A program made the translations under genes and the position numbers. A model generated the notes under the pieces. The model saw only the letters and a list, made by a program, of their open reading frames with translations, did not search any database and was not told where the DNA came from. From the NCBI GenBank assembly GCA_963793305.1, contig CAWBZV010000014.1, positions 160,001 to 224,000 of the forward strand: a stretch of 64,000 bases of DNA, read 5' to 3'. The stretch comes from an uncultured Gemmatimonadales bacterium (GTDB lineage Bacteria > Gemmatimonadota > Gemmatimonadetes > Gemmatimonadales > Gemmatimonadaceae). Of this stretch, positions 54,225 to 64,000 are shown piece after piece; the first letter of the stretch is position 1; every line of letters begins with the position of its first letter.

Positions 54225-56775
54225 ATGATATCACTCGGCCGTTTGCTGCGCGCCCTGTATCCGCTCATCGCGATCCCCACGCTCCTGGTGGGACAAGCGC
54301 CGACGACCCTCAGCGTCGCTGATCGTCGGCGCATCGATGCGGTGTTCAAGGACTACGACAAGCCGCACGTCCCGGGATGTGCTTTAGGCGTTCTCCGCAA
54401 CGGCCACATTGCCTACGGTCGCGGGTACGGCTGGGCCGATCTCGAGCACAACGTGCCGATCACGACGGCGAGTCTGTTCGATATCGGCTCGACGTCCAAG
54501 CAGTTCGCCGCCGCCAGCATCGCGCTACTGGCCGAGGACCACAAGCTCGCGTTCACCGACGATGTGCGGAAGTACGTCCCGGAGCTGCCCGATTACGGCA
54601 CGACGATCACCATCGACAATCTCATGCGGCACACGAGCGGGTTGCGCGACTACAACGGCCTCCTCGTGCTCGCCGGTCACTCCTTCGAGGAAGTGACGAC
54701 GGATTCGCAGGCGCTCGCGCTCATCGTGCGTCAGCGCCAGCTCAATTTTCCGCCCGGCTCGCGCTACGAATATTCGAACACCGGCTTTTTCCTGCTCTCG
54801 GTCATTGTGCACCGCGTGAGCGGCCAGACGCTGGCCGATTTCGCGCGCGAGCGAATATTTCTACCTCTCGGCATGACGTATACCCTGTATCGGAATCATG
54901 CCTCGATGCTGATTCCCAATGGGGCGATGGGCTATGCGCCGACCGACAGTGGGTTCAAGAACAGCATGTCCAACTGGGAGCAGACCGGCGACGGCGCCGT
55001 GCAACTGTCCATCGACGATGCGCTCCGGTGGGACGAGAACTTCTACCACCCCAAGGTTGGCGGCCAATGGATGGTGGATCAGCTGCAAGCGCGCGGCACG
55101 CTGGCGAATGGCGACTCGATCAATTACGCTCGCGGTCTCTTCGTCCATCCGTATCGGGGATTGCGGCGGATCGAGCATGGCGGTGACTGGATCGGGTATC
55201 ACGCCGCGTACGCACGATTCCCCGACCAGCACACGTCGATCGTGGTCCTCTGCAATTCCGACGGCATCTCGCCGGATGGCTTGAGCGACCAGGTCGCCGA
55301 CATCGTACTGGCAAAGGACTTTCCCGCGAAGGCCCTGGCGGCGACAGCGGCCAGTCACGCCAAGCCGAGCACAATGCCGGCCGTCGCGACGAGCCGGTTG
55401 GTGGGGAGCTACTTCGACAGCACGACCGACGAGGTGTATGGCGTCGTCGACACGGGCGGCGGAACACCGGCTCTCAAATTCGCCGGCCGGACATTTCCGT
55501 TGCGGGCGACAGGTCTGTCGACATTCGCGGTTCCTGGACTACCGGTGTCCGTCACGTTCAGCGTGGGTGATACTGGGCCGGCCCGGTCACTCCGTCTCGA
55601 GGTCGCATCGGAGGATCGTCCGGAAGCCACGCGTTTCACTCCGGCCACGCCAGCTCCGGACTCACTACGTGCCTACGCCGGACGCTACGATAGTCCCGAG
55701 CTCGGCGTCTCGTGGTCGGTTGCCGTCGACAAAGACCATCTCGTGCTGGCCGGTCCGATACCGGTTGTCGAGATTGCCGGCTCACTCGAGCCCGCGATGG
55801 CGGATGGATTCACCGCGCCGGGTGCTTTTATTCGATTCACGGGCGATGGCTTCGAGCTCAGCGCGAGCCGCATGAAGGGCATTCGGTTCGACCGGGGCCC
55901 GGCGCCGTCTGGGTTGTCGCGACAGCCCGCCGACGCTCCCGCCGCGTGGAAGTCGTTGATCGGTGACTACGGAGCGCCGACCGATTCCAACCCGGTGACC
56001 GTCTTCGAGCGCGCTGGCCAGTTGCTCGAGGCCAAGAAGGGCGAGGCGCCGAGTGGCCTGACGCCGGACTCCGCTCGCCAGATCTCGCTCCCTCGCCGCG
56101 ATTATGTGTCAGCGACCGGCAACTTCTACGTCCATCCGGTTCGACCCGTTGACGAGCTGAGACGGGAGGCGCTGCGGGCCAAGCCTCCCGCGGAAGCGGG
56201 ACCGTTTCGGACGCCGGACCTGGTGGACATCACCACGCTCGATCCGGCGATCCATTCTCGACATCCGGTACGCGTCGACGACCAATTTCCTGCGAACGCC
56301 AGTCTACACCGAGGCCCGGGCTTTTCTCCAACGACCCGCGGCCGACGCGTTGATCCGCATCCTCAATAAGCTCAAACCGCTCGGCTACGGCCTCTTGATC
56401 CACGATGCGTATCGCCCCTGGTTCGTGACGAAGATCTTCTGGGATGCCACGCCGCCGGAAGGAAAGATCTTCGTCGCGGATCCCTCGCAGGGCTCGCGCC
56501 ACAACCGGGGATGCGCCGTCGACCTGACGCTCTACGATCTCGCGACGGGCCAGCCTATCGTGATGCCCGGGACCTACGACGAAATGTCGCAGCGATCGTT
56601 CGCGGCGTATCTTGGGGGTACATCGCTCGAACGTTGGCATCGCGATCTGCTGCGCGCGGCCATGGAATCGGAGGGATTCAGCGTGTACGACCCCGAGTGG
56701 TGGCACTTCGATTACAAGGATTGGAAGCAGTATCCCATACTCAATACTCCGTTCGAGAAGCTGGAGCAACGATGA
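54225..56775 (+). CDS. serine hydrolase (beta-lactamase family) fused to M15 D-Ala-D-Ala dipeptidase (extra T near 56255)
   Basis: GSTSKQF, YSN, HGG. After repair: LDIRYA..NF, DAYRP, SRHNRGCAVDL, EWWHF (VanX/DdpX motifs). Confidence 0.82.
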
Positions 56776-58460
56776 CCGTCACACGTCTTCTGTCTATCGC
56801 GGCGGTTGGGTCGCTCGCCGCTTGCGCTGGACACCAGAGCGGCGCCGCCGGCGGCGCACCCGCTCCGGCCGCGACCGGCATCTCGGCCACTGATCTCCAC
56901 CGTTGGCTCTTCGCTTTCTCCGACGACTCGATGTTGGGGCGCGGCTCGGGCACCGAGGGCAACGTCAAAGGGACGCGCTACATCGCGGCCGAAGTCGCCC
57001 GTCTCGGTCTCAAGCCTGCTGGCGAGAATGGCACTTATTTCGTGAACGTGCCGCTTAAGATGCGGCGCCTGGACAGCGCCAGCTCTCTCGCGGTCGGCGG
57101 TACGCCGCTCACGCTCATGACCGACTACGTGGCCGTCGCGTCGTTCCCCGGGTTCCCGCGGATGGGTACGACGCTGGATGCGCAGCATGGCCTGGCCGTG
57201 ATCAACGGCGGCCGGATCGCCGACACCAGCGTGACGCTCTCGCCGTCGCAGATCGCCGGCAAGATCGTGGTCGTCGATCTCCCGTTGACCGGCGATGGGC
57301 GGCCCGACCCGCGCTTCTGGACCCATGGGGGACTGGACCGGTATCAAGGCGCCGCCGCTATCGCGGTCGTCGCGATGAGCACACTGCCGCCGCAAGCCTT
57401 GAGGTTCTTTGCTAGCGAACGGTTGCGGTTGGCTGATCCCGCGACGGAGCAGGGCATGCCGACAGGTGGTCCGGCGGGCCTGCTCATCACGCGGGCAACG
57501 GCCGACAAGATGATGGCTGCCGGCGCGACGGTCGTGGGTAAGATCCAATTCATCGATCGCCCATCCGCGTTTCCCGCGCGCGACGTCGTCGCGATCCTCC
57601 CAGGCAGCGATCCATCGCTCGCCGGTGAGTACGTCGCGCTCGGCGGCCACAACGATCACCTGGGCGTCGACCACGGCGCCGCGGTCGATCTCGACTCGCT
57701 CCACGCGTTCAACACGGCTGTCTGGCAGCTGCGCGGACTCTCGCCGGACGGCCCGCGGCCCACGCCGGAGCAGCTCGCCACGATCCACGTCAACGTGGAC
57801 TCCCTCCGCCGTCTACATCCGGTGCGCCGCGATTCGGTGTACAAGGGCGCGGATGACGATGGTTCGGGCTCGGTCTCGGTGCTGGCGATCGCACAGGCGT
57901 TCGCGCGATCGCATACCCGCCCGAAGCGCTCGATCCTCTTCGTCTGGCACACGGGCGAAGAGTTGGGCCTGTTCGGCTCGGAGTATTTCACGGATCACCC
58001 GACCGTACCGCGCGACTCGATCGTCGCGCAGCTGAACATGGACATGGTGGGTCGCGGCGATGCGGGGGACATCAAAGGCGGCGGGCCGACGTACGTGGAG
58101 CTGGTCGGCTCGCGCCGGCTGTCGACGGAGTTGGGTGACATCGTCGAGGCCGTGAACAAGACGGAGCCACTCCCGCTCACGTTCGACTATACGTTCGACG
58201 CCAACGGACACCCCGAGAACATCTACTGCCGGAGCGATCACTACGAGTATGCGCGCTACGGCATCCCGATCGTGTTCTTCACGACGGGGTTGCACCAGGA
58301 CTACCACCAGCTGAGTGACGAGCCGCAGTACATCGACTACGAGCACATGGCGCGGGTGGACCACTTGGTGTACGACATCGCGGTCCGCGTGGCCGACCTC
58401 GATCACCGCGTCGTCGTCGACAAGCCGAAGCCGGACCCGCACGGGCGCTGCCAGCAGTAG
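56772..58460 (+). CDS. M28-family metallopeptidase lipoprotein with PA-like insert
   Basis: Lipobox LAAC, GHNDHLG, GADDDGSG, GEELGLFGS, NMDMVGR, RSDH, DYH. Confidence 0.9.
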   Translation: MTVTRLLSIAAVGSLAACAGHQSGAAGGAPAPAATGISATDLHRWLFAFSDDSMLGRGSGTEGNVKGTRYIAAEVARLGLKPAGENGTYFVNVPLKMRRLDSASSLAVGGTPLTLMTDYVAVASFPGFPRMGTTLDAQHGLAVINGGRIADTSVTLSPSQIAGKIVVVDLPLTGDGRPDPRFWTHGGLDRYQGAAAIAVVAMSTLPPQALRFFASERLRLADPATEQGMPTGGPAGLLITRATADKMMAAGATVVGKIQFIDRPSAFPARDVVAILPGSDPSLAGEYVALGGHNDHLGVDHGAAVDLDSLHAFNTAVWQLRGLSPDGPRPTPEQLATIHVNVDSLRRLHPVRRDSVYKGADDDGSGSVSVLAIAQAFARSHTRPKRSILFVWHTGEELGLFGSEYFTDHPTVPRDSIVAQLNMDMVGRGDAGDIKGGGPTYVELVGSRRLSTELGDIVEAVNKTEPLPLTFDYTFDANGHPENIYCRSDHYEYARYGIPIVFFTTGLHQDYHQLSDEPQYIDYEHMARVDHLVYDIAVRVADLDHRVVVDKPKPDPHGRCQQ

Positions 58461-58658
58461 CTCCAACAGAGCCTTCGGGGACCGGTGCCGACTCGTTGGG
58501 CTGATAGACCTCGACGGCGATGAGCGCATTGCCGGTCGCTCCGGCCGACCGTGAAAAGGTGGCCCATACGAACGCCGAGCGCTTGCTACGCCTCTCAACG
58601 TGACGACGCACTGAAGGCGAGTTGCTACGGCATTGCGAATGCCATACGTTCTCGCTCC

Positions 58659-59939
58659 GTGATTCGTCCCGCGTGCGGCGCGCTGATCATTCTTTTCGCC
58701 ATGTGTGCGGCCCCAGTGGCCGCTCAACGCGGTGACACTACCGCCGCGGCGGCCGCCATCTACCGGCGCTACGCCGCCCAAGTGGTTCGTATCGAGGTCG
58801 TAGAACAGAGCTCCGCGGCCAAGTCTGGTGTGGGCTCCGGCTTCTTCGTGACGGCCGCCGGCCACATTGTCACGAATTATCACGTCATCGCCTCGCTGGT
58901 CACCGACCCGGATCGCTACCGGGCTCAGATCACCAGTTCGGGCAAGCAACCGTCGCCGCTGCATCTCGTCGCGATCGATGTGGTGCACGACCTGGCTGTC
59001 CTGACTTCCTCCGTCCATCCGCCCGCGTTCATCACGCCGGCGCCCGTGACCATCTCCAACGGCACGCGGCTCTACTCCCTCGGTCACCCGTTGGATCTGG
59101 GATTGAGTGTCGTGGAGGGCACATACAATGGACTGGTCGATAGCACCTTATATCCCAAGATCCATTTCACGGGCGCCATCAACCCCGGCATGAGCGGCGG
59201 CCCAGTGCTCACGGCCTCCGGCGCGCTCGTGGGAATCAACGTCTCCACGGAAGACGACGAAGTCGGATTCCTCGTGCCCGCGGACCGCGCCAGCGCGCTC
59301 CTGACGACGGTACTCGCCCCGGACTATCGCGCGCCGACGGCGTTCCTCCCAGTGGTGTCGCGGCAACTGCGCGACTATCAGGACACGTACCTGCCGCAAC
59401 TCTTCTCGGATTCCACGCCTTCGATCACGCTCGGACCATACGCCGTCCCCACCAGGCCGGGGTCGTTCTTCCGCTGCTGGGCCGACGCGACCGATGGTCG
59501 CACCACGAAGTTTCGCCGCACGGACCATTGGTGCTCCACGGAGGATGCCGTGTTCATCTCCGATGAGCAGTCATCGGGTCTCATCGCGATGCACCACGAG
59601 TTGTTGGCCAGCGCCACGCTGGGTCGCGTCCGGTTCACCAACCTCGTCGCCGCGCACCTCGGGGAACGAGGGAACGCGACGGGCGGGCTCGAGGACGATG
59701 TGACCTCCTATCGGTGCGAGACGCGCAACGTGCGGTCGAACGGCATCACGTTCCGCGCGACGCTCTGCATCCGCGCCTACCGAAAGCTCGATGGCTTCTA
59801 CGATGCCCGCTTCGTCGCGGTCACGCTGGGTGGCGCGAGCACGGCGCTCATTTCGAGTCTCAATCTCACCGGCGTCACCTTCGACAACGTCGAACGGACG
59901 ACGCGCGGGTTCTTGCGGCGCATTCGATGGGCCCGGTGA
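58659..59939 (+). CDS. secreted trypsin-like (S1C) serine protease with Cys-rich C-terminal domain
   Basis: GSGF, VTNYHV, HDLAVL, NPGMSGGP catalytic-triad motifs. Signal peptide ending VAA-Q. Confidence 0.88.
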   Translation: MIRPACGALIILFAMCAAPVAAQRGDTTAAAAAIYRRYAAQVVRIEVVEQSSAAKSGVGSGFFVTAAGHIVTNYHVIASLVTDPDRYRAQITSSGKQPSPLHLVAIDVVHDLAVLTSSVHPPAFITPAPVTISNGTRLYSLGHPLDLGLSVVEGTYNGLVDSTLYPKIHFTGAINPGMSGGPVLTASGALVGINVSTEDDEVGFLVPADRASALLTTVLAPDYRAPTAFLPVVSRQLRDYQDTYLPQLFSDSTPSITLGPYAVPTRPGSFFRCWADATDGRTTKFRRTDHWCSTEDAVFISDEQSSGLIAMHHELLASATLGRVRFTNLVAAHLGERGNATGGLEDDVTSYRCETRNVRSNGITFRATLCIRAYRKLDGFYDARFVAVTLGGASTALISSLNLTGVTFDNVERTTRGFLRRIRWAR

Positions 59940-60895
59940 TCGTCGAAGTGCTCGACGCTCGCGGCGCCGTCCGCCATCGCGTCGATGTCATCGCCTTGCC
60001 GGCCACGATCGGCCGTGCCTATGACAGTGCGGTCGTGTTGGACGACCCGTACGTCGATCCGGTCCATGCGCGGATCGTCGCGTCGGACGGCTGGCTGGCT
60101 ATCGAAGATGCGGGCAGCATGAACGGCATCCGCGCCAGTCGCGGCGAGGCGGTCGCCCGCGTCGATCTGGCCTCGGGCGACACCGTGCGTGTCGGTCGGA
60201 CGGTCCTCCGATTCGTCGATCCATCGCGGCCACTCGCACCCACGCTCGCGGATCGGCAACGCGCGACGACGGCGGGCGCCAGTTGGGCGACGCGACCGAT
60301 GGTCGCCTGGAGCGTGTTGATCGCAACGATGGTCCTCATCGTCGTCGGTGAGCTCTTTGCGGCCGACAACCGGCCAGTCACCAGCACCGTCCTGAGCCTG
60401 CTCCTCGGTTGGATCCTGCTAGTCGGCGTGTGGGCAGGGATCTGGGCGGTCATCAATCGCATCGTCGTGCATCGGTTCCGGTTCCTGGCACACATGGCCA
60501 TCGGGTCGCTCGCGGGCGACATTGCCATCGTGTTCGGCCAGACGGAGGCGTTCGTGCAGTTCCTCTTTCCCGCGAGCGTGTTGGCCACGATCTTGGGCAC
60601 AGCTGGAGAAGTGACGGCGATCGGGGTCCCGATTGCGTTGCATCTCGCCCTCGTGTCGACATTGTCGCGGGCCAAGCGCTGGGCCATCGGATTGGCTTTT
60701 GGTGCGGCCATCGCCACCATGACCATCGCCAGCCAGGTGATCGATCACCGCAAGTTTTCCGCGACACCCACGGTTGCAGCCAGACTCGAACCCCTGCCGG
60801 CGTCGTGGATTCCCGCGCAGGCGCCGGACAATTTCTTCACCGAAGTCCGGCGACTTCGCACACGCGTCGACGCCATGGCCGCCGAGCGCCCTTAA
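59927..60895 (+). CDS. FHA-domain membrane protein
   Basis: IGRAYD..VVLDDPYV...HA, D.GS.NG, followed by several TM helices. Confidence 0.85.
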   Translation: MGPVIVEVLDARGAVRHRVDVIALPATIGRAYDSAVVLDDPYVDPVHARIVASDGWLAIEDAGSMNGIRASRGEAVARVDLASGDTVRVGRTVLRFVDPSRPLAPTLADRQRATTAGASWATRPMVAWSVLIATMVLIVVGELFAADNRPVTSTVLSLLLGWILLVGVWAGIWAVINRIVVHRFRFLAHMAIGSLAGDIAIVFGQTEAFVQFLFPASVLATILGTAGEVTAIGVPIALHLALVSTLSRAKRWAIGLAFGAAIATMTIASQVIDHRKFSATPTVAARLEPLPASWIPAQAPDNFFTEVRRLRTRVDAMAAERP

Positions 60896-60896
60896 G

Positions 60897-61251
60897 ATGC
60901 GCCGGTACCATCACATCGGCATTCCCACGACCGAAGCGAAGCCTGGCGAGACGCACGTGAAGCACCTGAAACTCTTCATCGTCAGCCACGACAAAAGCGA
61001 ATTTGGCGTGGAGTGGATGCGTTTCGAGCCGGACGCCGCGGTCCCTGATCTCGTCCGTCACGTCCCCCACGTCGCATTCGAAGTAACCGATCTCGCCTCC
61101 GAGCTCGCCGGCCGCGAGATCCTGATTCCTCCCAACAGTCCATTCCGCCGGGGTCCGCGTCGCGTTCATAGTCGAAAACGGTGCGCCGATCGAACTACTC
61201 GAATTCACCGACCCGAACCATCCTGCCCGTCGCCAGCACGAGTGGCCGTGA
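60897..61251 (+). CDS. VOC-like small protein (extra T near 61143)
   Basis: YHHIGIPT, PHVAFEV, repaired PNSPSAGVRVAFIVENGAPIELLEF. Confidence 0.8.
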
Positions 61252-62451
61252 TGCCGGCTGAGTTGCAAGAGTTCCTGCTCTCATGAAACGACGCTCCACC
61301 GTCCAGTACAGCAGTGTAGAGAGACACACCGCCGCCACTCCCGCTGCGCCCATCAACGACCAGTACTCGATTGGAGAGAGGGTCTTGATCGGCACCCATC
61401 GATTGACGAGATGAGTAACGGTGAAGAGCACGATTCCGTGGGTGATGTAAAAACTGTAACTGGCGGTGCCGAGGAAGAAGACGGCCTTCGAAGACAGGAG
61501 CCCGAAGAAATCGTTGCCCGCGACGACAAAGACGAACACGACTGCCAATAGCCAAAACTCGGCGGGAGAGTACGGGCCCACGTTGAACAGGACGGGCGCG
61601 GCGAGACAGAACAGCGGGATCGGTGTCAGGCGGCGTTGTTTCAATATCTGCCACCAACGCTTCGGCCATTGCGCATAGGAGACGGCGACCAGCATGCCGA
61701 TCCCAAATCCGAACCCAAACACTGAATTCACCGCAAAGGCAATGAACGGCAAGAGCCCACCACGAACCAGAGCGGGAGTAAACGCGACAATGCCATGTCG
61801 CGCCAGCACCCAACTGACAACGCCCGCCAGCGCCATATAGATGATGATTCGATAGCCCTTGAAGAGAAAAAAGATGAGTGGTAAGAGCAGATAAAAGATC
61901 ACCTCGAACATCAAGGTCCAGACGACGCTGGCGTTGATCAGATTGGCCCGGGGAAGGCCATTGACTTCGCGCGTGGGAACAAAGATCAACCAGCGGCCAA
62001 CCTCGCCCAGAACAGTCCCGGGGGATTCGGCGAGCGTGAAATCCTTGATCGCAAAGACGATGAGCATGACAATGGCGACCGACACATAATAGGCCGGTAA
62101 CAACCGGCGCGCGCGTCCCGCCAGAAACTTGCCGTATCCTCCTACTCCGTCGTGGGCGAGACACTTGGACCAGAAGAGAAAACCGCTGAGGAAGAAGAAC
62201 AGCACGACGGGTCCCGGACCGAGAAAAGCATAAAACGGACTGGGCGGGATGGTCCAAATGCCGGTGTGAAAATCAAAGTAGGTCACGACCGCGTGAGAAA
62301 AGAAGACGCTCATCGCGAGCAGGCCGCGTAGCGACTCCAAGGGAACGTGCAGTTTGTCCCGATGCTGCGGAAGAAAATGCGCGAGGATCCCTGCCACGCC
62401 GATCAGGCAAGGAGCGAGCACAAAATAGGGCAGGGGACTGGTCACGGACAT
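61195..62451 (-). CDS. acyltransferase family 3 (OafA-like) membrane protein
   Basis: LESLRGLLA..V..SH, FFFLSGF, RARRLLPAY, WTLMFEVIFY, LGTASYSFYITH, VERRF. Confidence 0.9.
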   Translation of the reverse strand: MSVTSPLPYFVLAPCLIGVAGILAHFLPQHRDKLHVPLESLRGLLAMSVFFSHAVVTYFDFHTGIWTIPPSPFYAFLGPGPVVLFFFLSGFLFWSKCLAHDGVGGYGKFLAGRARRLLPAYYVSVAIVMLIVFAIKDFTLAESPGTVLGEVGRWLIFVPTREVNGLPRANLINASVVWTLMFEVIFYLLLPLIFFLFKGYRIIIYMALAGVVSWVLARHGIVAFTPALVRGGLLPFIAFAVNSVFGFGFGIGMLVAVSYAQWPKRWWQILKQRRLTPIPLFCLAAPVLFNVGPYSPAEFWLLAVVFVFVVAGNDFFGLLSSKAVFFLGTASYSFYITHGIVLFTVTHLVNRWVPIKTLSPIEYWSLMGAAGVAAVCLSTLLYWTVERRFMRAGTLATQPASRPLVLATGRMVRVGEFE

Positions 62452-62552
62452 CCGAGGCGATTCGCGGGGCTCCACAGTGGAAATGCGACTCGCCCGACAA
62501 ATATTCCCGGTTGGCAATATCTTTGACCGTCGCCTGAACAATGAGGAGCGCC

Positions 62553-63092
62553 ATGGGAAAGCTCGTCTTCGGCATGATGCTATCGCTCGATGGCTACATC
62601 GCAGACCCCACCGGGGCGCTCTTGCCGCCACCCGGCGCCCAACTTGGTCGCTATTTCAGCGACCAAGTCCGTGGTCTCGCCGGCATTGTCTACGGCCGGC
62701 GCATGTACGAGGTGATGCGTTACTGGGATGACGATCAGCCCGATTGGGACGCCGGCGATTTCGATTTCGCGGCAACGTGGCGCGCGAAGCCGAAATGGGT
62801 CGCATCGCGCACACTCAAGTCGGTCGGCCCCAACGCGACGCTGATCCGCGACGACGTCGTCGGGTTCGTGCGCAAACTGAAAGGCGATATCAATGGAGAA
62901 ATCGACGTCGCCGGCCCCGAGCTCGCCGGGCTGCTGACTGCCAACGCCTTGATCGACGAGTATCGCCTCTACTTCCGCCCGTTCGTACTCGGCGGTGGCA
63001 AACCCTATTTCGCCGGGCCTCGGCCGCCACTCCACCTCGTTGGTACGGAATCCGTCGGTGAAGACGCGGTGCGGCTGACCTACATCATCTAA
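62553..63092 (+). CDS. dihydrofolate reductase family / RibD C-terminal domain protein
   Basis: SLDGYI, YGRRMYE, PKWVASRTL, LIDEYRLY..P.VLGGG. GAGGAG RBS. Confidence 0.9.
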   Translation: MGKLVFGMMLSLDGYIADPTGALLPPPGAQLGRYFSDQVRGLAGIVYGRRMYEVMRYWDDDQPDWDAGDFDFAATWRAKPKWVASRTLKSVGPNATLIRDDVVGFVRKLKGDINGEIDVAGPELAGLLTANALIDEYRLYFRPFVLGGGKPYFAGPRPPLHLVGTESVGEDAVRLTYII

Positions 63093-63342
63093 GCCGCTGG
63101 CGCATCCGCTCGGCCGCCTGCTTGATCGCATCCGCCCGCGTCTCTCCGGCGGCGACGCGTTCTTTGATGAACTCAATGTAGTCGCCCGGACTCGGTTGAT
63201 CGGATATGCGGACCCCCGCCAGACAGGGCCCACACAACTCTTCCACGCTCTCGTCGCGCGTCGGCCCCACACCGGTCAGATTCACCGCCGTCTTGTGGAT
63301 CCGCTCAGTTGCCTCACGCTGCCCGCATCGCTGGCAGATCAC
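63085..63342 (-). CDS. small CxxC...CxxC zinc-binding protein (resembles McsA N-terminus)
   Basis: GGAGG RBS, MICQRCGQREAT...ELCGPC. Confidence 0.55.
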   Translation of the reverse strand: MICQRCGQREATERIHKTAVNLTGVGPTRDESVEELCGPCLAGVRISDQPSPGDYIEFIKERVAAGETRADAIKQAAERMRQRLR

Positions 63343-63360
63343 ATCATCCTCCGGCGTCCT

Positions 63361-63744
63361 CTAGGTCCAATCGTCACTGCTGTTGGAGGTCGAGCCGAAC
63401 ACACTCTCCTCCATTATTTGGGTGAAACTGATCCGGACTTGCTCCTGCTCGTACGTCGACGGCGCTGTCGCGTGCTTCGGACTTTGCGTCGCCGCGCGCT
63501 GAAGGTCGAGCCCGATGATGCGCGCGTTGCTCAATACCACGGAGTTGCCCGAGGGATCCGTGAGCTTCAGGGTCGGAAGGGACCGTTTCCCGAGCGCCGT
63601 GAACTTTGACCACAGCGCGTCGCGTTGCCGCGAAAGCGTCAACTGGTTGGGCCGAATCTTGTCTTGCTTCACGACACCGACCAAATGCCAATCGGGTCCA
63701 GCGCTTTCGAGTACCACGCGACCGCGAATGGTCAAGAGCGCCAC
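63361..63744 (-). CDS. divergent Hcp/TssD-like protein
   Basis: AGGAGG RBS before GTG 63744. MALLTIRG start, VVLSNARI, EQVRISFTQI, terminal SDDW. Confidence 0.5.
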   Translation of the reverse strand: MALLTIRGRVVLESAGPDWHLVGVVKQDKIRPNQLTLSRQRDALWSKFTALGKRSLPTLKLTDPSGNSVVLSNARIIGLDLQRAATQSPKHATAPSTYEQEQVRISFTQIMEESVFGSTSNSSDDWT

Positions 63745-64000
63745 ACGACCTCCTCCTGTTGGGGCAATCCTCGACTCGTTCCCGCAATACTCACCCCGAG
63801 TGGTGGCAGAGGCAATAAAGATGTCCCAAGAGAGCGGGTTTTCGGGCAGGGCGCGGATCGCCCAAGTGTCGTGCGCAGCACTACTTGGATGGGCGACCGA
63901 GGGCAGATTCGATTCGCAGCCATGCGGAGCTCGGCCAGCTGTCGGCCTGCGCAGTGCATCGACGCAAACCGACGTGGACGGCAATGTATTGTTCGAGATG

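Overview
A 64 kb window of high-GC bacterial chromosome, densely packed with about 58 genes or gene remnants. The gene-family mix (BTAD/TPR regulator, CBM9-DUF5916 protein, ADOP-type permease, carboxypeptidase-regulatory/plug protein) suggests Gemmatimonadota, which is an inference. The first 10 kb are core-like: a B12/iron ABC transporter, recO, selB, clpB and tadA. From 10 to 36 kb is an accessory patchwork of secreted enzymes and two-component systems, including a ceruloplasmin-like two-domain multicopper oxidase. From 36.4 to 49.7 kb is an indole/tryptophan catabolic cluster: an isatin-hydrolase-type cyclase, IorA/IorB, an Abm-type anthraniloyl-CoA module with no CoA ligase, an amino-acid permease, a non-canonical class V PLP enzyme and a TDO-family heme enzyme with an SLKGR loop in place of GTGGS. 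I propose this cluster encodes a kynurenine-independent route Trp -> (di)oxindolylalanine -> isatin -> isatinate -> anthraniloyl-CoA, which is the best candidate for an undescribed system here. From 50 to 64 kb are peptidases, gene remnants and an orphan Hcp-like gene. About 20 single-base frameshifts interrupt otherwise intact genes, and ten are repaired by the same edit, C(A/G)TTC -> C(A/G)TC, so most are probably sequencing errors. Many genes have a TANNNT-N5-7-ATG leaderless-type promoter. I saw no rRNA, tRNA, CRISPR array or transposase. All family assignments come from motif recognition by eye, not from database searches.
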